From contig JAYZAL010000026.1 of NCBI GenBank assembly GCA_036339735.1, positions 24,929-88,928 on the forward strand: 64,000 nucleotides of DNA. The letters are read 5' to 3'. This document shows positions 9,245-19,025 of this stretch, in pieces. How positions within the stretch are numbered: the stretch's first letter is position 1; every line of letters starts with the position of its first letter. Made by a program: the position numbers and the translations under genes. Source of the DNA: Candidatus Poribacteria bacterium. GTDB lineage: Bacteria; Poribacteria; WGA-4E; UBA9662. A model generated the notes under the pieces. The model ran no database searches, was not told where the DNA came from, and saw only the letters and a program-made list of their open reading frames with translations.

Positions 9245-10735
9245 TCAATTTACTGCACCTTCTATTACTTGGTCAACCGCAGTTTTCCAGCCAGCCAACT
9301 TCTCTTGTCGAAGAGATGTGCTCATGGAAGGCGTAAAAACTTGGTCCACTTTTCGGTACTTTTCGAGTTCAGCTACATCACTCCAAACACCGACGGTTAG
9401 TCCGGCCAGATAAGCAGCACCAAGAGCCGTTGTTTCAACCTGCTGAGGGCGTTCAACTGGTCGATCTAGCAGGTCTGCTTGGAACTGCATGAGAAAATTA
9501 TTATTAACTGCACCGCCATCTACTTTCAGGTAGTCGAAAGGTAGATTCGCTTCTGCTGCCATTGTCTGTACAACATCGACTGTTTGATAGGCTATTGATT
9601 CGAGTGTGGCCCTTACTATCTCTGCTCTCCCAATACCACGAGTAAGATTAACAATTGCGCCTCTAGCTGACGATTGCCAATAGGGTGTTCCCAAACCAGT
9701 AAAAGCGGGCACAACATAGACACCACCGGTGTCTTTTATGCTGTTAGCTATTTGCTCCGTTTCCTGAGCGGTCTCGATGATTTGTAATTCATCTCGCAAC
9801 CACTGAATAGCGGCACCTGCTATAAAAACACTTCCCTCTAAAGCGTACGATTTCTGATCAGAAGTAGAGCAGGCTAAAGTCGTCAATAATCCAGACGAGG
9901 ACGTCATCCGCTGATTACCAGTTTGCATTAACAAAAAACAACCAGTTCCATACGTATTTTTGATACTACCAGCTTGTGTACAAAGTTGGCCAAAAAGGGC
10001 TGCCTGTTGATCCCCTGCTATACCTGCAATAGGAACTTGGTCAGGTAGACCAACAACACCTTTTGTTGTACCGAACTGACATCTAGAAGGATATACCTCA
10101 GGGAGCATAGGAGCAGGAATCCGAAACAAATCAAGGAGATCAGGAGACCATTTTAATTGATCAATATCAAACAGTAACGAACGAGAAGCATTGGTTTCGT
10201 CTGTTGCGTGAACTAATCCATCTGTTAGGTTCCAGAGCAACCAAGTATCGATTGTGCCAAAAGCTAACTGTCCTTGATGAGCTTTTTGGCGATTAACGTC
10301 CACTTGGTCTAGAATCCAAGCAATCTTAGTTGCAGAAAAGTATGGGTCTACTACTAGCCCGGTTTTTTGTCGAACCCACCCCTCGTGCCCATCCAATTTT
10401 AGCTGAGAACACATGTCAGTAGTTCGCCGACATTGCCAGACTATAGCGTTGTAGACTGGCTGCCCAGTTTGACGATCCCAAACCACTGTCGTTTCCCTTT
10501 GGTTAGTGATTCCAACGCCAACGAAATTTCTATCAGATCGAGTTAGTTGAATAATCAGTTTCTGTGTTATTTGCCAAATTTCGATTGGGTTGTGTTCTAC
10601 CCAACCAGGCCGTGGGTAGATTTGTGTAAATTCACTGTAAGCCCGATCGACAATTCGGCCATTAACGTCAACTACCAGTACGGTTGTACCAGTTGTTCCT
10701 TGATCTATAGAAAGAATATAGTCGGCAGTCGCCAT
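9245..10735 (-). CDS. glpK: Glycerol kinase
   Basis: IDQGTTGT, GITNQRETT, WQCRRT, GDQQAALFGQ, KNTYGTGCF, KVDGGA. Confidence 0.95.
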   Translation of the reverse strand: MATADYILSIDQGTTGTTVLVVDVNGRIVDRAYSEFTQIYPRPGWVEHNPIEIWQITQKLIIQLTRSDRNFVGVGITNQRETTVVWDRQTGQPVYNAIVWQCRRTTDMCSQLKLDGHEGWVRQKTGLVVDPYFSATKIAWILDQVDVNRQKAHQGQLAFGTIDTWLLWNLTDGLVHATDETNASRSLLFDIDQLKWSPDLLDLFRIPAPMLPEVYPSRCQFGTTKGVVGLPDQVPIAGIAGDQQAALFGQLCTQAGSIKNTYGTGCFLLMQTGNQRMTSSSGLLTTLACSTSDQKSYALEGSVFIAGAAIQWLRDELQIIETAQETEQIANSIKDTGGVYVVPAFTGLGTPYWQSSARGAIVNLTRGIGRAEIVRATLESIAYQTVDVVQTMAAEANLPFDYLKVDGGAVNNNFLMQFQADLLDRPVERPQQVETTALGAAYLAGLTVGVWSDVAELEKYRKVDQVFTPSMSTSLRQEKLAGWKTAVDQVIEGAVN

Positions 10736-10781
10736 CTGATTTTACGTGCTAGGGCTAAAATACCCCTTCGGCTGGTTAAAT

Positions 10782-11735
10782 CTAGCTGGAAAGCTGGCCC
10801 ACAGGATTAGATAAGGTACCAAAACCAGCAATCTCAATTTGTACCAAATCGCCATCTGCTAACGGCAGGTCAGATGGAGTTATGATACCGGTTCCCGTAG
10901 AAACGACTGTACCCACAGGAACCGGGTTATGTCTCACGAGGTATTCAGTTAATTGCTCAAATTTCCAGTTGATCTGATTAGTATTGACTTCTCCCTGATA
11001 AATCAATTCGTCGTTCCGTATTATACGACATTTAATATCCAGATCATATGGATTATCTACTTCCGATACCGTTAATAGCATTGGCCCTAAGGCACAACAA
11101 CCAGCATAAATTTTGGACTGAGGTAAATAAAGTGGGTTTTCCCGTTCAATATCCCAAGCTGAAACATCATTACAAATAGTATAACCGACGATTTCACCAT
11201 CCCGTCCGAGGATATATGCTAATTCAGGCTCTGTTGCAGTGAAGGTTGAGTCACTGCGAATACCAATTGTGCCCCCAGAGCCAACACAACGCTCAGATGT
11301 AGCCTTGAAAAATAGCTCAGGTCGATCAGAGTTATAAACCTGACTGTAGATATCTGATTGGCTATCATCATCTCGCATATCAGCGCTCCGCTTGTAGGTA
11401 ACACCAAAGGCCCAGACTTCTGGTGCATCAATAGGAGCAAGGAGATGAGGTAGATCGGAACTAGGAGGGTTATCAAGCTGAGAGAGCTTTAGTTTACCAT
11501 TTGTACTCGTTTCTTTCTGATCCAAAGCGATGGAAGGTTGCGGAGAATTGACGGATAGCTGTTCCTGAATATCAGCTAAGATGATTCCTAGGCTAATACC
11601 TTCTTCAATGGAAACTTTCAATAAATCAAGTACTGTTGAAGATTCCTCAGTAGTCACGTCCACGATCTCATTTTCTCGTGTAACAACACCTACCCGCTTG
11701 CCTTTTTTCGGTAAATGATATTGGATCAGCTTCAT
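10782..11735 (-). CDS. Fumarylacetoacetate hydrolase family protein (2-keto-3-deoxypentonate dehydratase-like)
   Basis: EVWAFGVTY.RS, RPELFFKA, EPEL, CNDVSAWDIERENPLYLPQSK, STGTG. Confidence 0.8.
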   Translation of the reverse strand: MKLIQYHLPKKGKRVGVVTRENEIVDVTTEESSTVLDLLKVSIEEGISLGIILADIQEQLSVNSPQPSIALDQKETSTNGKLKLSQLDNPPSSDLPHLLAPIDAPEVWAFGVTYKRSADMRDDDSQSDIYSQVYNSDRPELFFKATSERCVGSGGTIGIRSDSTFTATEPELAYILGRDGEIVGYTICNDVSAWDIERENPLYLPQSKIYAGCCALGPMLLTVSEVDNPYDLDIKCRIIRNDELIYQGEVNTNQINWKFEQLTEYLVRHNPVPVGTVVSTGTGIITPSDLPLADGDLVQIEIAGFGTLSNPVGQLSS

Positions 11736-11754
11736 GATTTATTCCTTTTCAGCT

Positions 11755-12210
11755 TTATTCATACAATACAGCTGTGTCAATTCTTCTATAGTCAAGAATC
11801 TCTACTTCAGAAAAGAAGATTTCTATCTCTTGTATAGCGTTCTGAACAGAATCAGATGCATGCACTACATTATGAGCCAAGTGATTGGAAAAATCACCGC
11901 GAATAGTACCTGGGCTCGATTCAGATGGGTTCGTAGCACCATTGAGCAAACGTACAATCTCCACAGCATTTTGCCCTTCTAAACATATGGCAACTATTGG
12001 GTCAGTAGTCATAAAATTGACTAGGGATTCGTAAAACGGTTTGCCAAGATGTACTTTGTAAAGTTCCATAGCCATCTGTTCCGACAAATGAAGCAGTTTT
12101 AGTGCGACCAGTTTTAGCCCTTTGCGTTCATACCGGTGGACAATCTGACCTACTAGGCCACGTTGAACTGCATCAGGCTTAATGAGAACTAGTGTTTTTT
12201 CCGTTTTCAT
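11755..12210 (-). CDS. ndk: Nucleoside diphosphate kinase
   Basis: TLVLIKPDAVQRGL, PGTIRGDF, NVVHASDS with the catalytic His. Confidence 0.97.
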   Translation of the reverse strand: MKTEKTLVLIKPDAVQRGLVGQIVHRYERKGLKLVALKLLHLSEQMAMELYKVHLGKPFYESLVNFMTTDPIVAICLEGQNAVEIVRLLNGATNPSESSPGTIRGDFSNHLAHNVVHASDSVQNAIQEIEIFFSEVEILDYRRIDTAVLYE

Positions 12211-12213
12211 TAG

Positions 12214-13404
12214 CTATCCTTCCAATGCTTTCTGAATACGATCTAAACCTCGATTAATTTCTGTCTCTGAGGTCGCAAAGGAAAAACGCATATGATTATC
12301 GGCACCAAAGCCGTCGCCAGGTACGGCTCCAACTTTAGCTTCATCCAACAAGTATGTCGCCAAGTCTTGCGAGCTATTAATCGAATGGCCACTAATCGTG
12401 CGACCATAATGAGCTGAAAAATCAGGGAAAATATAGAACGCCCCTTGTGGCCTAACATAGGCAATACCATCGATATCGTCCAGCCTTTGACAGATTAGAT
12501 CTCTCCGTTTTTGGAAAGCTTTTACCATTTCCACTACTGGCTCCTGTGATCCAGTAATAGCTGCAAAAGCGGCTTTTTGTGCAATAGAAGTTGGATTAGA
12601 TGTGCTATGAGACTGAATCTTTGACATGGCTTTGATTGCATCTTCTGGTCCCGCCGTATAGCCGATTCTCCAGCCAGTCATCGAGTAAGCTTTAGATACA
12701 CCGTTGACAACGAAAGTAAGAGACTTAACAGCTTCACCAAAACTGGCTAAACTTTGATGTTTCGCTCCATCGTAGAGCAGAGCTTCGTAAATTTCGTCAG
12801 AAATTAAATAGAATTGGTGTTCAACAGCCAACTCTGCGATCATTTGTAAACTTTCTGTTGAGTAAGTCGTACCAGTTGGATTACTCGGACTACCAATAAT
12901 TATTGCCTTGGTTTTTTCAGTAACTGCCGACTTGATCTGATCTGGTGTCAGGGCAAAATTCTGATCTGGAGTAGTGTTAATTACAATAGGTGTAGCATCG
13001 GCTAATTTCACCATTTCGATATAACTAACCCAATAGGGAGCGGCAAATATAACTTCATCTCCTGGGTTACAGATAGCCTGTAGAATGTTGTAGATGGTAT
13101 GCTTAGCCCCACAAGAAACGATAACCTGATTAGCTTCGTAACTAAGGCCGTTATCACGTTCAAATTTATCCACAATAGCTTCTCTAAGTTCCGTGATACC
13201 TGCTACTGGCGTATACTTGGTGAACCCTTGATTTAGCGCGTCAATAGCCGCCGATTTTATATGGTCTGGGGTGTCAAAATCGGGTTCACCAGCACCAAAC
13301 TTGACCACGTCTAATCCATCAGCCACCATGGCATTGATTTTTGCTGTCAAAGCCAAGGTAGAGGAAGGGGCAACTTGTTTGCTTTTATCAGAAATTGAAA
13401 TCAC
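12214..13404 (-). CDS. aspC: Aspartate aminotransferase (class I/II PLP enzyme)
   Basis: GEPDFDTP, SPSNPTG, SDEIY, SKAYSMTGWRIG. Confidence 0.9.
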   Translation of the reverse strand: MISISDKSKQVAPSSTLALTAKINAMVADGLDVVKFGAGEPDFDTPDHIKSAAIDALNQGFTKYTPVAGITELREAIVDKFERDNGLSYEANQVIVSCGAKHTIYNILQAICNPGDEVIFAAPYWVSYIEMVKLADATPIVINTTPDQNFALTPDQIKSAVTEKTKAIIIGSPSNPTGTTYSTESLQMIAELAVEHQFYLISDEIYEALLYDGAKHQSLASFGEAVKSLTFVVNGVSKAYSMTGWRIGYTAGPEDAIKAMSKIQSHSTSNPTSIAQKAAFAAITGSQEPVVEMVKAFQKRRDLICQRLDDIDGIAYVRPQGAFYIFPDFSAHYGRTISGHSINSSQDLATYLLDEAKVGAVPGDGFGADNHMRFSFATSETEINRGLDRIQKALEG

Positions 13405-13460
13405 GTTCTACAATGTCCTTTTAGTTTTTAAAGTTAAGTTTAATTCGAATAACTATACTT

Positions 13461-14360
13461 TTACAAGAGTTGGCCTAATTTTTCATACAGCTTTCTTTCT
13501 TTTTGTGTTAACTTTTTTGGAATTTCGACTTGGATTTTGATACGCAGATCGCCACAACGACCAGTACGATCAACAACCCCTTGCCCTCGTACTCTTAGTT
13601 GATTACCGGGCTGTGTACCTGGCGGTATTGTCAATTCTACACTGTTAACCTCATCTTGACTCAAGGTGGGTATTCTAACCTTACCACCCAAAACAATAGT
13701 AGGGATTGGAACTGAAACTTGCGTAACTAGGTCTAGATCTTGCCGTTCAAAGCTGGGGTGAGGTTTAATCTTGACCTCTAAGAACAGAGCGCCCCTTTTT
13801 CCGTCTTGTCTTTGGCTTCCTTGACCTTTTAAATTAAGCTTGTTTCCGTCTTGAACGCCCGGTGGAACTTTTACCCGAATGCTTCGACCTTGAACCTGAA
13901 TATGTTTTTCTGTTCCGTATACCGCCTCAGATAAAGAAATTTCTAACTTGGATCGGAGATCTCCTGTTGGTTCGCTACGACGGCTACGAGCTCCTCCAAA
14001 CAGATCGTCAAACGCATCATTAAAGTCGCCAAATCCTGCCTGACGTCCAAATTCAGAATTCGAAAACCCTCTACGTCCAAACAAATCTGAGAAGTGCGAA
14101 AAAATATCGTCGGTATTATGGAATCCCTGAAAACCACTATTATGTACACCTGCATGACCATGCTGGTCATAAATCCGTCGTTTTTGGGAATCGGACAGAA
14201 CCTCGTAAGCATTGGATGCTTCCTTGAATTTATCCTCAGCCGCCTTATCGCCGGGATTTTTGTCCGGATGGTAACGAACCGCAACTTTACGGTAAGCTTT
14301 CTTAATTTCGTCTGGCGTGGCATTCTTGCTAATACCAAGAACTTGGTAATAGTCTCGCAC
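13461..14360 (-). CDS. DnaJ class B (CbpA-like) co-chaperone
   Basis: J-domain with HPD, G/F-rich region and C-terminal domain, no zinc finger. Confidence 0.9.
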   Translation of the reverse strand: MRDYYQVLGISKNATPDEIKKAYRKVAVRYHPDKNPGDKAAEDKFKEASNAYEVLSDSQKRRIYDQHGHAGVHNSGFQGFHNTDDIFSHFSDLFGRRGFSNSEFGRQAGFGDFNDAFDDLFGGARSRRSEPTGDLRSKLEISLSEAVYGTEKHIQVQGRSIRVKVPPGVQDGNKLNLKGQGSQRQDGKRGALFLEVKIKPHPSFERQDLDLVTQVSVPIPTIVLGGKVRIPTLSQDEVNSVELTIPPGTQPGNQLRVRGQGVVDRTGRCGDLRIKIQVEIPKKLTQKERKLYEKLGQLL

Positions 14361-14381
14361 AATCTATTTAGCTCCGTGAAC

Positions 14382-15392
14382 TTATTTGGGAATATTCAAC
14401 AGTCGCTCAGCAATTTGAACAGCATTTAATGCTGCTCCTTTTCGCAAATTATCAGCTACTACCCACATATTAAGACCGTTCTCGATTGAAACATCTTCTC
14501 GTATTCGACCCACGAATACGCTGTCCGAACCTGCTACATCAGTTGCTAATGGGTACTGGCGTTCAGCCGGTTGATCCATAACTACCACACCCTCTGAAGC
14601 CTGAAGAATCTCACGTGCATCATCAGCACTTAACTTTTCTCGAGTTTCTACATTAATCGATTCTGAATGAGCGTAAAAAACTGGAACGCGAACTGTCGTT
14701 GGTGATACACCAATCGAATCATCTTCAAAAATTTTGTGCGTTTCATGCACCATTTTCATTTCTTCTTCGGTATAGTCGTTTTCAGCAAATGGCCAATCAA
14801 ATGAAACATTAAATGCCATTTGGTGAGGAAAATTTTCACACTGCACTGGTCGACCGTTGAGAGCAGAAGTAGTTTGTTCAACTAACTCATTGATACAAGC
14901 ACCACCTTTACCCGAAACACTTTGGTATGTAGAAACAACGATCCGTTTTATACCAACCGCATCATAAATTGGTTTCAAGGCGACCAACATCTGGATAGTT
15001 GAGCAATTCGGGTTTGCGATAATACCTTGATGATCGTGAGCAGCATGCATGTTGACTTCCGGAATAACTAAAGGTGTATCCGGGTCCATGCGAAAAGCAC
15101 TCGTATTGTCGATAGAAATGCAGTTATTTTTGACTGCTGTAGGTAAGAACTCTTTACTTATTGACCCCCCAGCCGAAGCCAGTACTAAATCAATATCTTC
15201 GAATGAACCATGTGTTAGTTCTTCAACAACGACGGTTTCATCCTTAAAAGACTTTAGAGCACCTGCAGACCGGTGCGAGGCTAGCAATTTTAACGAGGCT
15301 ACTGGAAAATTTCGTTCCTCCAGTATTTCCAACATAGCAGTTCCGACAGCTCCTGTTGCTCCCATCAGGGCCACCCGATATTCACGACTCAT
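14382..15392 (-). CDS. asd: Aspartate-semialdehyde dehydrogenase
   Basis: GATGAVG, NPNCST, STYQSVSG.G, RVPVFYAHSE, DNLRKGAALNAVQIAE. Confidence 0.97.
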   Translation of the reverse strand: MSREYRVALMGATGAVGTAMLEILEERNFPVASLKLLASHRSAGALKSFKDETVVVEELTHGSFEDIDLVLASAGGSISKEFLPTAVKNNCISIDNTSAFRMDPDTPLVIPEVNMHAAHDHQGIIANPNCSTIQMLVALKPIYDAVGIKRIVVSTYQSVSGKGGACINELVEQTTSALNGRPVQCENFPHQMAFNVSFDWPFAENDYTEEEMKMVHETHKIFEDDSIGVSPTTVRVPVFYAHSESINVETREKLSADDAREILQASEGVVVMDQPAERQYPLATDVAGSDSVFVGRIREDVSIENGLNMWVVADNLRKGAALNAVQIAERLLNIPK

Positions 15393-15487
15393 AATTTTCT
15401 CTCAACGAATATACTCAGTATAATTTGGAATTATTCCGTTTGAAACTATATCTCTTTAACAAAAAACGGCTAAGAATGTAGCCACCT

Positions 15488-15516
15488 ATTTTAACACAGG
15501 ATACAAAATGGTGCAA
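15488..15516 (-). promoter_or_regulatory. Sigma-70 promoter for the asd-dnaJ-aspC-ndk run
   Basis: TTGCAC-N17-TAAAAT with extended -10 TG on the minus strand. Confidence 0.6.
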
Positions 15517-15600
15517 AACAAAGGAAACCAGTCTATTATTCTATTCTCCTATAGATCGTATAAAGAAAGAGCGTCAAGAATCTGATCTCTTAGTTTGAGG

Positions 15601-15629
15601 TTGCCACTGTCTTCCTAAAGTGCTATACT
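15601..15629 (+). promoter_or_regulatory. Sigma-70 promoter for the PorV-like gene pair
   Basis: TTGCCA-N17-TATACT with extended -10 TG. Confidence 0.65.
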
Positions 15630-15674
15630 CAGCTCGGATACAGCTCCCACCAATGCTAACAAAGTAAACTGTCC

Positions 15675-16601
15675 ATGTGCCGTACTGTTTCCCTCCTACT
15701 AATCACTTTCATCTGTACGGCTCAACTGTCCGATGCAGCTTTTGAACGTATCCAGCTTTCTGCACGTTCGATTGGTATTGGTGGCGCAAGTGTTGCCTTG
15801 ACTTCTGGAGCTGATTCAGTTTCCCAAAATGTAGCTGGACTAACGGTAGATTTATACGACCCCGAGCTGGCTTTGAGCTACCTAGAATTGTATGGATTAC
15901 TTCACTACAATGCAATTTTTGCAGCTATCCCTATTTTGCCAAACAATCGGCAGGAATCAGCCCTTGGACTTCACCTAACTAGCTCTACTGACAAATCTGG
16001 TGCATATCAAGAACTCGAGATGGGTTGTGCAGTAGGACGGCAAATTTCCTCATTGACTTATCTTGGTTTTGGATTTTCTTATCTAACATCTCAGGCTAAT
16101 TTAGGGATTATTCAAGTTGGTACCGGTCGAGGATTTTCTATGGATGTCGGAATTCAGCATCGATTGGCTAATCAAAAAGTTGTGGTTGGTGCTTCTATTG
16201 CTCACTTGCTTTCTTATATTGATTATGATCGTAAGCAAATTGAGGGGACTAAATCACGCCAATACACTGAAAAATTGAGTCCTCATATTCGCTTAGGTGG
16301 AATTATGAGTCTCGACTTGTTGTTCAGTCAATTACATTTTCCAGAATATAGATTCATTACTCCTGCGCTGAAAAAAACGGTAATTGCCCTTGAATTAGCA
16401 GGTCGCCGTTTTTCCTTAGGACTGGAATCAGAAGTACAGAATGGTTGTTTAAGGTTTGGTTATCGATACAATGGTGGACTAGATCAAGGAGTTTGTGCAG
16501 GCTTTGGCTACAAGTTTCACCAGTTCAAAATCGACTATAGTTGGGCTAATGGCCATTTTGGTACATCGTCTCATTTGGTTTCTATCACCCTTCGTCTTTG
16601 A
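15675..16601 (+). CDS. PorV/PorQ/FadL-like outer-membrane beta-barrel
   Basis: Signal peptide, then SARSIGIGGASVA..GADSV..NVAGL (the ARxxgxGga...NPAgL family motif), amphipathic strands, and a C-terminal IDYSW...HLVSITLRL. Confidence 0.7.
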   Translation: MCRTVSLLLITFICTAQLSDAAFERIQLSARSIGIGGASVALTSGADSVSQNVAGLTVDLYDPELALSYLELYGLLHYNAIFAAIPILPNNRQESALGLHLTSSTDKSGAYQELEMGCAVGRQISSLTYLGFGFSYLTSQANLGIIQVGTGRGFSMDVGIQHRLANQKVVVGASIAHLLSYIDYDRKQIEGTKSRQYTEKLSPHIRLGGIMSLDLLFSQLHFPEYRFITPALKKTVIALELAGRRFSLGLESEVQNGCLRFGYRYNGGLDQGVCAGFGYKFHQFKIDYSWANGHFGTSSHLVSITLRL

Positions 16602-16616
16602 GATCGGCAGGCAGTT

Positions 16617-17738
16617 TTGATGCAAAAAAAATGGGGCTTGTGGTTTTTAGGAGTTCTAGTCTTTTTACCAGCGATTCAAGCCGATTGGGTAAAAGGGAAC
16701 GAGATAGTTCGCTTAGCAGGCTTGGGTAATACGCGTGTTGCTACCAGCCGCCAAAGTGGTAGTTTAGTTGGCAATCCAGCAGCTTCGATTAATGGTAATA
16801 ATCTTTCATTCCAATGGGGTCTTGCCAATCTAGACTACCAGTCCCTGATTCCTCAAGCTGGTTTTCATACCCAAAACCGGATTAGCCTAGATTTTTTGCC
16901 TGGCTTTTACTACGCTAGACCATTTGGTAGATATAATCTCCACATTGGATTTATTGGGCGATTCAAAAACAAAACCCAAATTGGTATGGAACATACAGGT
17001 TCAGAATATATCATTAATGAACAAAGGTTCTTGGCAAAAGCAAGTTTGGTCTCTACTTATGACCTTCTATGGCAATCCGCATGGTCGTTTGGACTTAGCC
17101 GCCAGATCGGTACTAATCATTTAGGGTTCCGTATAAAGGCTTCAACACAAGAAGCCAAGGTTGGCCAAATTTTATCATCTCTAAACCTCGATGCTCAACA
17201 TAACAGCGACGTCAATGTCAACGACCCAAGAGCACTGATTCCAGCTGTTATTGATAGCCTCGACTTTGCTAATCCATCCCAATACTTAGAAAGGCTAGAC
17301 GACTCCCGAATTAATCAGAAGATTACTAAATACGACTTAGATTTTGGATACCAAAGTTACTTCTCATTTCGGAAAGTTGATGATTTTTGTGTCGGTATAA
17401 TGGTAGAAAATATGTTGCAACGTAAGTTAATTCAACAGTCATTCACTCAATTTGGTGTTGGTATCAGCTATCAGCCCAACAATTGGATGCTAAGTGGAAT
17501 CGATATATTCCGAGGTGCCCAGCGTTTTAGCTTCAATTTTGGACTGGAGGTTGGAACAAGCTGGGAAAAGGGATTTAATGGAGGTGTAGCAGTACGTTTC
17601 GGTATTCAACAAAATAGAGAAACGACCCCTTCATTAGGTGTCCAAATAGCCTTAGGCGGATCAACCTGGAATTATGCCTGGCAACGTAAAACGACTTCAA
17701 TAGGGCAGCATTTTTTTGGTTCAGCGATTCGATTTTAA
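16617..17738 (+). CDS. Second PorV/FadL-like outer-membrane beta-barrel
   Basis: Signal peptide, VRLAGLGNTRVA....SLVGNPAA motif, beta-strand pattern, terminal Phe (HFFGSAIRF). Confidence 0.6.
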   Translation: MMQKKWGLWFLGVLVFLPAIQADWVKGNEIVRLAGLGNTRVATSRQSGSLVGNPAASINGNNLSFQWGLANLDYQSLIPQAGFHTQNRISLDFLPGFYYARPFGRYNLHIGFIGRFKNKTQIGMEHTGSEYIINEQRFLAKASLVSTYDLLWQSAWSFGLSRQIGTNHLGFRIKASTQEAKVGQILSSLNLDAQHNSDVNVNDPRALIPAVIDSLDFANPSQYLERLDDSRINQKITKYDLDFGYQSYFSFRKVDDFCVGIMVENMLQRKLIQQSFTQFGVGISYQPNNWMLSGIDIFRGAQRFSFNFGLEVGTSWEKGFNGGVAVRFGIQQNRETTPSLGVQIALGGSTWNYAWQRKTTSIGQHFFGSAIRF

Positions 17739-17742
17739 GCCA

Positions 17743-18771
17743 CTAACTCCACTGACGATGGTTTAATGACATAGACCAATCGGTCAAAGGTAGACCTTTT
17801 CCTTCAATCCAATCTGCAGTCAAAACTACGTGGTCGATGGTTCGGCGATTGTTGGTAAACGTCACATGTATTAACCCATCATTACTTTGAATAATAGACG
17901 GATAATGAAAAGACCCTTCTCCTTGAATCAGATCTCTTTTATGTGGCCAGGTTTGTCCTCCATCGTAGCTTAAGCCAAGTGTCAAAGGATTTCTATCTTC
18001 GGGATGGTTGTTCCAAGCCATAACAATCCGACCATCCTTTAGGATGATGGCATCCAAAGCTGAAAATGGGCAGTAATTATCAGTTATTTCTGCCTTGGAC
18101 CAAGTACGACCTTGGTCTTGAGATAAGCTCCTGAGTACCCTCGGATCCTTTCCAGAAGGACGGATTAGCGCTAGGATTGAACCATCCTGAAGTGAGATTA
18201 GAGCAGGATGTTGGTTTCGTTCGCCCGGTATTTGCCCGCGAACTTTCCAGCTTCGTCCGTCGTCTTGACTCGCCCACACCTGCGAATGCCAAGTCGTAAA
18301 CTCAGTACCAAACAAGATATCACCGTTAAGAAGATGGATCGGCTGGCATCTCGGGACATGGCCCCAATCTTCTTCGATTACTTCTACAGCTGACCAAGTG
18401 TAGCCATTATCAGTTGACTTTTTTATTCGCAAATCACAAGTTACCCAGCGTACACCGGGACCGGCCTTCCCCTCTAATTTTCCATGCATCGTTCCATAAA
18501 TTAGTGAAAGTATGCCATCCTTGTTTTGAAGCAGAACGCCATTACCTTCAGGTTTGCCTGAGGTGTCTGCAATGGAAACAAGCTGCTGAAATTTCTGATC
18601 TGTTGGGCTACGACGTGCTAAGACCCAAGCAGCATCAGGCCGGGCTTCACCTTCTCCAGCATAATAACCAACTAACAGATCTCCATTTTTCAATTCAATC
18701 ATAGTTGAACAATGACAACTAGGATAGCGTTCAGTCGGCTCAGCAATTGCTTCCCACAGCAAAATTGACAA
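17743..18771 (-). CDS. BNR/Asp-box beta-propeller (exo-alpha-sialidase-like)
   Basis: Four Asp-boxes (STDNGYTW, SQDDGRSW, SQDQGRTW, SYDGGQTW), RNPL and YPSIIQ. No signal peptide. Confidence 0.85.
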   Translation of the reverse strand: MSILLWEAIAEPTERYPSCHCSTMIELKNGDLLVGYYAGEGEARPDAAWVLARRSPTDQKFQQLVSIADTSGKPEGNGVLLQNKDGILSLIYGTMHGKLEGKAGPGVRWVTCDLRIKKSTDNGYTWSAVEVIEEDWGHVPRCQPIHLLNGDILFGTEFTTWHSQVWASQDDGRSWKVRGQIPGERNQHPALISLQDGSILALIRPSGKDPRVLRSLSQDQGRTWSKAEITDNYCPFSALDAIILKDGRIVMAWNNHPEDRNPLTLGLSYDGGQTWPHKRDLIQGEGSFHYPSIIQSNDGLIHVTFTNNRRTIDHVVLTADWIEGKGLPLTDWSMSLNHRQWS

Positions 18772-18934
18772 AATATTTCACCTTCCAATTTAATCCGTAA
18801 ATAAGATAGGTCCGCTACTAGTCAAGAAGTAAAATGGACCTGATTTTTAGGACCGATCAGCCATCAACTGATAATTTGTGTCGATATACATTCCACTTAA
18901 AACATTTTCGCCTTTCCTATATTTTACGTCAATC

Positions 18935-18963
18935 TTGACAAATATAGCAAAATGATTTATAGT
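18935..18963 (+). promoter_or_regulatory. Sigma-70 promoter for the 19026-25167 operon
   Basis: TTGACA-N17-TATAGT. Confidence 0.7.
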
Positions 18964-19025
18964 TTGGCCCCATGGTTGTTAGATATTTCGAAACTATACG
19001 ACTTATCTACCATTGAGGTTCAGTC

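Noticed and set aside
13166-13174. Perfect DnaA box TTATCCACA
   Set aside because: Single copy inside the aspC coding sequence, with no cluster or AT-rich unwinding element; compatible with chance.
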